Shown here piece after piece: positions 36,701 to 48,700 of a stretch of 64,000 nt of DNA (its first letter is position 1; each line of letters opens with the position of its first letter). Source of the DNA: Pavona decussata (taxonomy: Eukaryota); NCBI GenBank assembly GCA_977016875.1, contig CDRNST010000214.1, forward strand, positions 2,790,001 to 2,854,000, in the 5' to 3' direction. The position numbers and the translations under genes were made by a program. The notes under the pieces were generated by a model. That model worked only from the letters and a program-made list of their open reading frames with translations. It searched no databases and was not told where the DNA came from.

Positions 36701-39700
36701 AACTACTGGCAAAAAAATGTTATATCCCCAATACTTAAGTCTAGTACTACAGTGTAAATGTACACTTTATAATGTGCAACTAATACTCAAACAAACTTCT
36801 AAATAATGTTAACAGATCTGTCTCCGTGGATTGGCACTAGCCGAGGACTGCATTTGGCTACGGCAGGTTTAACTGTCCAACCTTTCAGTGGGTATCGCAG
36901 TTTCTTCTTCCGCCGTTGGCTACTAGGAAGAATTGCCTCTCCTCTTGTATTATAGTGGAGCTACGTTCTAAGGTTCGAACACTGCGATCCTCTCCATCAA
37001 TTGAACTGATTTCATAAACAACAGCGCAAATAATTTAATCATGCATTGAAGGGTTTTCATTGGTAACAAATTTACAGGAGAAAAATGTTTGTTGACTCCC
37101 CTAAACAAATTCGCCAGTTGTAAGTCCCAGTGTGTTTGCCTTAATGCTATCGTCATTTGGCATTCCCCAACTATCAGTTTGGACAATCGTGATTTCACTA
37201 AAGAGAAGTGAAAATTCAAACTGTCGGACCTAACAAAGGAACAAGTACAAACAAGACACGTAACAAATTCAAGCCAGCTTCACTTACCTGTAGCCGAACT
37301 GTATGCAATGGACACTTGTACCCAGGTTGCCAAAGGAAGTGTAATTCCTACGTCATACACAGTTCTGCCCACGTGTACTTTAACCTTGACATCATTCACA
37401 ACGGCGAAGGTAAATTCTTTGGCATAACATAAGATCGTACCTCCATAAGCATGGACTCTGACAAACAGCTGAAGTGTAAAGTCTTTTCCTTTGGTGAAAG
37501 AGGTGTGTAGTGTACCACTGGATGCCACTGTACCATTAAACTTCAATGCATATCCATTCGAGGTTATTTCTCTTCGCTCTTTGTAGCTGGTGTAGTCGAA
37601 TAAAAACAGTGAGTCAATGACGGAAACTTTCCATTGGGAGCTGAAGATGTCGATGATTACCCGTTGTGAAATACTCTGCCCCCAGAACACTGTACCCGTG
37701 CTGTTTGTAAAATCGTTTTCGATGTTTGAATCACAGGAGGAACAAAGGCCCGAAGCTACGGTGCAGAATTGAGAAACAGAAGTCATCTCGAATGATAAAT
37801 ACTTTTGCGAGGCTTCCACTCTAAGTGTTATCGTTCCAGCCGCTTTATTTACAATTTCATACCCCTGTGGAGATGTTTTGTGAAACCTAAAGTCATTTTC
37901 CAAGTCAAAAGTGGTGGTGTCCGTTAGCCTACTGTTCAACCACACCAATGCTTTTCCACTACCATCGAAAGAGGCTCTTATCACCAGACTCGTGGAACCG
38001 GTTTTTACTGCCAACGACGAAATACAAAACGAACCACTAATGCAAGGGATTTGACGGATCTGCGCGGTGAAGTGATTGCTCTTTAGTAGGTAGAATTCTC
38101 CGTAAGTTCCAAAGGTGTATCCAACGCCATCAAATGTTGTGTAATGTGCTGCACCAAAACCTTGACAAGTAAAGTTGTCTGGGCGGCTTCTATTTCCTCC
38201 GAGTGCGAGAGAACAATCAGCTCCAACCCATCCTGGACTGCACAAGCTGCAATCGCTGGTGACATTTGACGGAACTGGGCAGTTACATTTTCCAGTGATG
38301 TTATTACATGACGCTTGGCCGCTACAAGGTGAATAGTATCCGCCAGGACATTCTTGCGTGCAGTTACCACCGAAAAACCCTTTCATGCAGACGCAACTGT
38401 CACGTTCTGGAAGGCCAAATCTACAGAGTTTCGCACAGCTCTGCCCGTACCATTGTGGGAAGTTAACAGCAGATACATTGTCACATAGGCTCTGAGCATA
38501 CCACGACGATTGTTGGTGGAACAATTGATAGAAATCCGAAACAGCCATTACTGACCAATATGCATAACTATCATGATTGCCTCGCGTTACAGATGCCACA
38601 CACGACATGTGATAGAGCCAGAGAGTTTCGGTGTTTAGCATGGTGTACTGTGCTCTTAACGAAGAGTGGAAGATAAGGTCGTAGCATTTCAGCTCTACAT
38701 TCATCCAGTTGCTGCCAAATCTGAAGCTGTACGCTTTAACAACATCAAATGAAAATTGCTGAATTTGAGCCGTCGAGAACAACCATGTTGGTCCATGCCA
38801 AACGCCCGATTGGAATGTTATGTGGGCGCTCGAAACGCAGTCATACGCCACTGTACCGTAGCCTTCATTGAACTTCCAAAGACTCGCAAGATTTTGAACT
38901 CGTGTGGTGCAGTCCAAGTTTCTTTTCCAGTTGGCCGAAATCGATAACGGGTCTAGCTTTTGGTTCCATATTCGCAGCTCGTCAATTTGTCCAATGAATC
39001 CTTCTTTGAGTGGTATTCCTAGTCCAGAAGGAGGGGGCAAGCAATAGCCTAGGGCCAAGATCCCTCCAGGTTGAAACACGTTCACACTACTCGTGATTGG
39101 AAAGTTCCGACTGTGAGCACGACCAGCGTCGTCTATGTGGTAGAATTGAAGGATGCGCGTTGATTTAGACCAAACGAGAGCAATTTGATTCCATTTGTGT
39201 ATTTCAATTACAGCCAAGGTGTCCAGAATGACGTCTTCGTACCGTAGTTTTATCTTCCCAGATTCCAAAACTATGGCAAACATCTTTGTGGTCGTGTACG
39301 AGATGAGAGTACCGTTTTGGCTCTCTGCACGAACCATAAATTCGATAGTGATGTCTGAAGCGGAGAAACTGAAGATGTCCCCAGTTTGGGCGCCAGCGTT
39401 GTTGAAATACAGAGCGTAGCCTCCACCGTAAAGATCTCTATGCTCATGGTAGATATTGATGTCATAGAGGAACAAACTGTCTCTAGCCCACACAAGCCAG
39501 GATGGACCATAGAATTTATGCAAGTACGACTGCGTGACATTTTGCGCTGTAACTACTTCACCATTTCTGTTGGTTAAATCGTCAAATGGGTTGACATTGC
39601 AGCTACCCCAGAGCCCCTGAGTGGTCTGACAATACGTTTGGTTGTCAACACGCAAATGAATATCGAGGTATCGGTTGTACAACCGAACAATAAGCTGAAC

Positions 39701-42700
39701 ACCATAAGTCGAGGAGAGAACGAACTGCAGGCGCGAGGTGCGTTTAAACGTAAACTTGTGATTTGCTGGTCCAAAGTTAAATTCGAGAGAATATTTTATT
39801 TTACCGTTGACATAGATAACAGGTTCGTCTTGGGTTGCAAACCTTGCATGAACTAGTAGAGTATGTTGTTCGACTCTCACTGCTACAGCGTTGAAGCATG
39901 AACTTGATGAAAAGCATGTCACCATGCGAGCTTGGACTTCAAAGGACGAGGACAGTATCAAGTGATATTCACCATTTCCCAAAAACCTGTATCCAGTTCC
40001 GTCGAGCGTAACAACGTAGCCATGCCCAAATGCCGCTGCAGTACGGTTATTTGGACTTTGAACGATGACAGAGCAATCAGCACCGTGCCAACCTGGTGAG
40101 CATGTAGTACAGTTCACGTCGCCTCGCCAGTTAGGATCACATAAGCACAAACCTGTAGTCTTGTTGCAGAGGCCGTTGTTAGAACATGGCGCTGATGGCC
40201 CACCCGGACAGTCATGCTGACATGCTAAGCCCCAGTGTCCATCGCGGCATGAGCATGTGTAGGATTCGCTTGACACCTGGAGTGGGAAGACAGGTATATT
40301 AACTATTGGGGACCTCAGTGCATACCATATTTATCCCACAACATATAACTATACGGATGAACAGAAATTTCAAGAGCTGGTGTTTATGCTCTGAATTTTT
40401 AATCTATTCCACGGCCATCGCAATCACGTTTGTAGGCCCTCGTCACTGCAGTGTTTCATAGCATAGGTATGACAAAGTGGACTGGTGACCTGGGCTTGAG
40501 ATTTTCCAGTCTTCTACGGAATCTTCGGACTTTTTTAACACTTTTCGGAAAAAAAAGGAAAAAAAAAAAAACAAGACCAGAAACGTTAAAAGAAAAACCA
40601 TGCTGGTCTGCAGCCTCATATGCACTTAATCTTAAATTCGACAATACCTAACGGAACCTAACGAGTTTGATTGTGATTTCATAATCACTTTAATACAGCG
40701 ATTTTCACTTGACCTTGAAATGACTCCGTGCGAACAAAAAACTGTGCGTTTAACTTTCCTTTTGGTTTGTTTCCATCTCGATCTCGATATTCCTCTTGGA
40801 CGTTACTCAGTTTTGGCAATCCTGTGATCTGTCTTGATCAATCTAACAATCTGTTTTATATTAGAGTGTTCTTTAGAGAGAAAACGTACGCATGCAGTTT
40901 TAATTCGATTTGTTCATTTTACCTATCTTGTGGCGGATGAAACAAAACGCGAACAGTCACGGAATTTGCCAGAAACCATTTTTCAAGGTCAAACGAAAAT
41001 CGCGCTGTTAATTGTTGGTTCCTGCTTTCAACTTTAGAGTGGTTTTCAGACGTTAGCTTTGTTGAACAAAGTAACTACTCTGGCTGATCATATTAGTCGT
41101 AAATAACACAATGAACCAGTCAAGATATGAAGTGAAACACGACACGGAAAAATGCGTGCGAGCAAGTCCCGATAGATTTTGGTTGTACTTATCAGGAGCA
41201 AATATTTTGAAAAGTATAATGAAGCTAACTCAAAGCAAATGCAAATAAGATATGGCTAAAGGCAATTTAGGCAAGGTTAACCTCGTGACAATGCAGCACT
41301 GGTCAGTGGTAGATTCCCTTGAAAACATGCGATGTTTGGGGTGGCCCTTGGGGTTTTCAGAGGCTGATCAAGTATCGTGTTTTGCTGACCAGCAAGTCAC
41401 GTTGCTGGTCTTTGCGGTTCATGCAAGCCAGTTTGAGATCTTTAATCTCCACATTCGATTGACAATCGCTCTCTGAAATAAAACAGTTCCAACACTAACA
41501 CCAAGATACTCCCACTTACATTGTTAGCCGGAGCTGAGCTGTCCGTGCATCTCATAGAGTGAATCAGTGATGAGTCCACCACCGCTGCCTTTCTCTCATT
41601 GGATACTGGAAAAGCTAGAACCCAGGCTATCGGGTTGGAGTCTTGCAGTCTGTAAGAACAAAGAAAGAAAAGGTAGCTACAGTCTTAAAGGTGAAATTAT
41701 ATTAAAAACTTTATCTTATTACAAAGTAAACGAGGACAACACTTTTTTTTTTTTTTTGCTCGCAATTATTTCAACTATATGGTGTGCAATTACTTTAGTG
41801 ATAAAGTTGGAGATTGCTGTTCATTTATTGTACCATTAGGTTGTTTAATTTACAGAAAAGCACGCACGTATACAAAGGTTTGTGAAAACGGGTAAAGTCA
41901 AAGTTCAAGACGCATTTGTATACCATCTTTGATTACCGATGGATAATTAAAGTAGATTACAAACGTGTTTCCAAAGTTTTAGTTCTCATATAAATGGAAC
42001 ATTAGGAATTTATCTTCTGCTCTCATCATCTTATTGGCTTTTAAAAAAAGTGTAGGTGAAAACTTGGAAATTAGCTAAATTGAATTATTCTCGCACCTCA
42101 CTCTGAAAACCTTGTCGTGCCTCCCAGGAACAAACTTGCTCGGTTGCCCATAATTTTCAGTTGCTAATGGTATTAGGTTACTAGTTCCATTTTCCGATCC
42201 GCTTAATTTACGAACAAATCCAGCCAGTCCACCAGGAACGATCTCTAGATAAGGTCTGGCGAAGAAATTGTCTGGTCCCACTTCTAGGTACACGTTGTGA
42301 GGATTTTTGTTGTTGTATCCAAACCAGGCGAACACCGCGCCTTGATCAGTGCTGTTTATGCAGTTGACGATTGGTTCAATTGGTATTTTTCCCCCCTCCC
42401 CGTCAAGTTCATCACGGTATTGAGCATGCGCAGTGACACAGTCAATGTCACATCTCTCTCCTACGTGCGCGCCGTCGCAGGAAGTACAGGTTGGTAATCC
42501 CCAACCGAACACACAACGGTCGCAGGCTGATCCATTCCAGTAACCTAAGTTGGAGTCATAGTGACACGTGCAGATATCTTTGTTTTGCCCTGTTGCGTCG
42601 CCATGGACACAATAAACGTTGCAACCGACTGGCCAGCCGATGTAGTTTGTAATGCATTTATCACATTCAGATCCTGTAAACTGCGGTAAACACCGTTCGC

Positions 42701-45700
42701 ATGAACGCCCGTCAAAACCATGGTTACACTTACAGGCTGGTAAGTTGCCTTGTAACGTACAGTACCCTCTGTTGCTACACATAGGCTGACCAGGGCAAAC
42801 GAGTTTACTGCAGTCATCGCCGTCAAAGCCTTGATTACAAAGGCACACAGCCTTTGCGGGGGATCCCTGCTGAACACAGGCGCCTCGTCCGCTACAGTCT
42901 GGTTCACCTGGGCAGTTTAAGGTTTCGCATGTCTGGCCCTTCCATCCTGCATCACATTGGCAAACATCCTGGCTGCAAGTCCCCTGTCGAGAGCATTCGA
43001 TATCACAAGCTAATCCACTGAAACACGGGTCACACTTGCAAACCACACTGTTCGGAGGATGTTCATGGCCGTTTATACACGGAAATTCACAGGCAGGACC
43101 CATTGTATTACTAGTACAGTTCACGCAGATCGGTGGATCAACCCCTCCATAACAGGTTCCAAGTGCATTGCAATCTGGCACTCCGGGGCAATCGGGAATA
43201 TCACAGCCAGCTCCTTTCCATCCGTTAAAGCAATCACACTCTTGTGTAACAAGTAGACAGACGCCATGTCCAGTGCAGTCGACACCTATGCCTGGACAAC
43301 CCACTGTTTCACACTTAGGTCCTCTCCATCCGCTATCACAGACACACTTACCCTGGTCACACTTGCCGTGACCGTTACATTCCGTACCACAGTCCACTCC
43401 AGTGTGGCAGCTGTCACAGCTGCAAGTATCCCCAGAGGGTGACTTCACGACTGTGCCATTAATGCAGCGTTGCTCACAGCCTTCTCCCATGTAACCAGCA
43501 TCACAAGATGCACAAACCGGAGGATCGTGAGAGATTCCATCGCACAAACCATGGCCACTACAGTTCCCACCTCCTGCACATTTAGGTATATGGCAGCCTC
43601 TTCCAGACCAACCAGGTCGGCAGTAACAGATGCCAAGAGCAGCGATGCAAGACCCATGTCCTGAGCAGTCAGAACCCCATCCAGGGCAACCCTTGGTGTT
43701 ACAAGTGGGACCCCGCCACCCTTCAAAACCACAATCACAGGCATCATTTGTGCAGTTACCACGTCCAGAACATTCTACTTCACACGTTACTCCACTGTAG
43801 CATCCATCACACCGGCAGAGATAAGAACCATCGGTTGTTTTCTGGGGCGTACCATGTTCACATTTGGTCTCGCAAGCTCGACCCATCCATCCCTTGTCGC
43901 AAGTACAGAACGAGGTAGACCCAATGGTGTCGCATTTCCCATGTCCACTGCACATTGGCGTACCAGGGCAAGCTGGCTGTTCACATCCCCGTCCAGCCCA
44001 ACCTGGGTTGCAGTCACAAGTCTGAGTAGCGCTGTTACAGGTGCCACGCCCAGAACAGTCTGTATTGAAGAGACCAGGACAGCCTTTCTTTTCACAGTAT
44101 TTTCCACGCCATCCTTCAAAACCACAGTAGCAATGACCCTTAGAGCAAGTAGCGTTAGGCCTATTGGAACAGAACACATCACATCCCAGTCCAATGTAAC
44201 AGGGGTCACAATCACACACGGTTGGATCGTCTTTGTTTTGAGTACCGTTCACGCAAGGCAGTTCACAGGCTCTTCCTGCCCACCCTGCCTGGCAGTTGCC
44301 GCAGTAAGGGACCTCTGCTGGGATGCACTGGCCCCGGTTGTTGCAGTCTGGGTCACCCGGACAGTCCGTTTTCTCACAGCCAATACCTAAACCAAGAAAA
44401 AGTTTAAATCAACTAGGTTTTCCTAAAATTTCTACAGCCTGCAATAACGTTTAATTTTGCAGCCTCGCCACTTCCACGAGATACCAAAACATTTCATTAT
44501 TCGTAGTTTAGTTTACTGTTTCTCTTTAGTATTTGATAGCAAGTGACATGTGGCAAGTGACGGCGTGAAGATAGTAAACCAACCCCAATTGCATTTTAGG
44601 AAGTTCCTATACCCTTCCTACCGTATTAGCCAAATTAACTGTAAGCCAACAAATCTTGTCAAATTAAGTAAAGTATGTTCGACTACAAAAACAAGAACGC
44701 ATAGACCTACATTAAGAGATAACTTGACACAAAAATGACTGTAGAATGACTAGAGAACGTCCAAAAAAAATTTCTTCAAAATCATGAAATCTTTTTGTAA
44801 CATTTGAGTCTATGAGTAAAGTCAAAAATGTAACTATCATTAAGCAGAACGTTCCCATGATACCGTTACTCCTTACAGTGAGATAGTAGTTAAATATCAA
44901 GTAATTACACTAACCACTCCAGCCTGGATCGCAGATACACGTTTGTGATGCAGTCAGACATTGTCCATGTCCCGAGCAATCTTTCTTGTATCCAGGGCAC
45001 CCTTTCTTCTCGCAGAAGGGTCCTCTCCAACCCTGAAATCCGCAGTCACATTTTCCATCCACGCACAACGAACTATGATTTGAGCACAGCATGTCACAGG
45101 CAGCACCATTGTAGCATAGATCACACACGCAAATATGGTTACTAGTTGGAGTCCCAAATTGGCATGGAAGCTCACAAGCAACACCCATCCATCCTTTGGA
45201 GCAATTACACTTGGGTGCTTCATTGTCATTGGTTGGTGCAATACACGAGCCACGCCCATTACAGTCAGGCGTACCGGGGCAGTCTGGGATGTCACACGCA
45301 GGACCAGACCACGCAGGATCACACGTGCACTTTAAGTTGGCTTTGTTGCACGTGCCATGATTGCTGCAGTCCTTAGGCCACCCGGGACAGCTTGGGATTG
45401 CACACACGGCGCCTTTGTATCCTTGAAGTTTGTCACAGACGCACGCGTCGTTGACGCATGTGCCGTGCAATGAGCACTCCAGGTTACACCCAGATCCAGA
45501 GAAACACGGATGGCAGATACAGCCTGAAGCGTTGCCATAGTTAGTTCCATTCACGCAGGGAAGCTCACACATTTCCCCTGCCCACTGAGGCTCGCAGTTA
45601 CACCTGTCATTAAGGAGAATTTAGTTACTAATATTACTTTGCAAACCCGAAAAGCGTCAACACTTTCACATTCTCGACCAAATAGATGAGAGCTCAAACT

Positions 45701-48700
45701 GCATGCACAGGGACAATTACCATTTCAACTTGCCGTCGCATCTGAATGTCTTTCCCTCGCAACTCAACAGCAACAAAAACGTTTGTTTACCCATGAAAAA
45801 AACTGTGATTTACCACAGAATAAAACAGCGTCCTTAACAAGGAAGGAGGTCATTGCATAATCTAGAAACGCACCTGGTTTTTGGATATTGGAGTTTTGGA
45901 GGAGGTAAAGGAAACTACGTGACTTAACTCGCTTTTAATTCATCTTTTTGTTTTAAGCATGCTTTGAAGCTTTACCGCTATTGCATTAACATGGACACAC
46001 TAATCATCTCGCTCGACTGGCCAGCCGCCGATGTAGTTTGTAATGCATTTATCACATTCAGATCCTATAAATTCCGGTAAACACATTCACACGAACGCCT
46101 GTCGAAACCATAGCTACACTTACAGGCTGGTAAGTTGCCTGGTATTTAAGTTACGTGACTTGCCTCGATCTTAATTCGACCTTGCTTTGGAGTTTGCTGT
46201 GAAGCTTAACCACTGTCGACAATAGTAGGTACAGACAATAGCTAAGTATATACTATTTGTTAATCATATTTCACCTTCTTGGATTGGTATTGCTGCAGCT
46301 TCCATGGCCAGAACAGATAGGTTCTCCTGGACAGTCAGGCGTACTGCAATCATCCCCAGCCCATCCTTGGGCGCATATGCACCTCTGAGTATCCGTGTTA
46401 CAGAAACCGTTTTGAGGACTGGTGCACTGCCCTGGGCATCCCGGAAGCTCACAATATTCTCCCAGATGAGCATTACCTGGCTCCTGGCCGCACTCACACT
46501 TGTTGTTGACACATTCGCCATGCCCGGAGCACTCACTCTGGCAACCACTCCCTGTGTAGCAGGGATCGCAGAGGCAAATGCCATCTTCGGCGCGGCCGTG
46601 AATGCAGGGGTCATTACAAGCGGGCCCCATCCACCCTGAACTACAGTCTGTGCATTCCGGAGTCACGCGGTTAGTTGCGTTACAGTGTCCACGACCAAAG
46701 CAGTTTGGAACGCCGGGACAATCCGGGAGGTGACATCCAACACCAGTCCAGCCTGATCGGTAAAAATATTTTATGTCACCGATTACATTTATGTTTCAAA
46801 CCTCCAATCAACAGTTCTATAACACCCAACGCTTTATCAAAGTAAAATTCCTTTTTTGTGTTCCCCATATGTTAAAAATTATTACAAAGACGAGAGAGCA
46901 TAAGAAAGTCTCAGGTAATAAGTTCCTGAGGCATATATCATTGTAAAGGTAACATCTTAAGAATACTCTTTCTAAGTAGTAGCTTTTTCCTCACTGTTTC
47001 TCTTTGACTGAGTATGAAATGATACAATTAATGACATAGACAAGTTTAATTTATTCCAAAAGGAAGATTGTTAGAGTAACCCACCGAAAAACAAAACAAC
47101 ACCTGTAGCAACTGTTACTTTGAACCAGTACTTAACTGCTTTCCGGATTAGTCTGAATGCTTGGAATGACTCACAGTTACCCTCCAGCATTAACTTGTAC
47201 TGACGCAAAAGGGGAAACACCCTACGGTGTTATTTTTAACGAAAGTTAAAAGACTGATTTCCTGGGCCGGGTTGTTCGAAAGCCGCGCTAATCCACGATT
47301 AGAAGTTAATCGAGGCTTTCATCTCGCTCATTAAAAATGGTTTTTAAAGGCTAATTTCGAGCTTAAAGTAAAGAAAAATCTAAGTAAAAACTGTCGGCCA
47401 AAAATCATTTGGAAGAATCTTTATTGATTAGCAATTAAATTCGAGTCAAAGTTTGCGTTAATCCAGGATTAGCTTAATCGGGCTTTGAACAACTGGGCCC
47501 TTACAACTTAGCCACTGTTAAATTTATCTATTTCATTTGAACAAATTTGAAAACTTTTAATCGGTTTTAACAAAGGTTTAAGTTAAAATTCTGTTCATTG
47601 CCCTTCATGTGTAAGCCTAGTTTAAACCGTTTCTTCCTCACCTGGTTCACAAATGCACTTATGGTTTGAGCTGTCACATTTTCCATGCCCACTACAATCC
47701 TTCCCATCGGATCCAGGACATCCGGGCACTTCGCACAGGGATCCCCGCCATCCTTGAATTGGATCACACTTGCATTTATCGTTGACGCAAGTTCCGTGTC
47801 CTGTGCACTCCACATTGCATCCGCGACCTGTGTAGCATGGATCACATACGCAGTTTCCACTGTCCATGGGTACCTGCCGTCCGTGCGTGCAGAGGTCCTC
47901 GCAGGCAGGACCCATCCAACCAGATATACAGTTGGTGCAGACGGGAGGGTCAGTAGTTGTGTTGCAGTGACCTGGAAATAAAAACCCGTGTCGTATTAGA
48001 AGGATTTAGTATCATGTGAACATTTTCAACGATCGTGGACTGTGAATGTGTCTTTACTTATCTTGTCTTTACTTATCTAATTTATTGTGGGGAGGATCGT
48101 AAAACATCCTCCCCCACTAGGCGTTCTCTCAATTCCTGAAACAGGCTACTGAGATGTGAATGGCTATTTTGGACGTTTTCTTACCCCTGTTTGCACAGTT
48201 AGGGTTCCCAGGACAATCCGGGAGGTGGCAGCCATCGCCAGCCCATCCATTCTTACAAATACACTTGTGCGTAGCACTGTTACACACTCCATGCCCAGTA
48301 CAATCTTTTCCAATCCCTGGACAACCAGGATTTTCACAATATGTTCCACGCCATCCAACGTCACACTGACACACGTCATTGACAATCGTTCCATGTTCAG
48401 AACACTCGCTGTCACATCCTACACCGACCCAGCCTGGTTCACAAACACAGTTACCGCTATCCATTGGAACTTGTTGACCGTTTGTGCAAGGATCGTTGCA
48501 AGCCGGTCCCATCCACCCCTTGGTGCAGTTCTGACACTTGGGAGGATCCACAGAGGCGTTGCATATTCCTTTTTGAAAGCAGTTAGGGGACCCTGGACAG
48601 TCGGGGATTTCGCAGCCACTGCCGGCCCAGCCTTCGTTACAAGTGCAGACGTGAGTCGCAGAATTGCACACGCCATGGCCTGTGCAGTCTGAGCCGTCGC

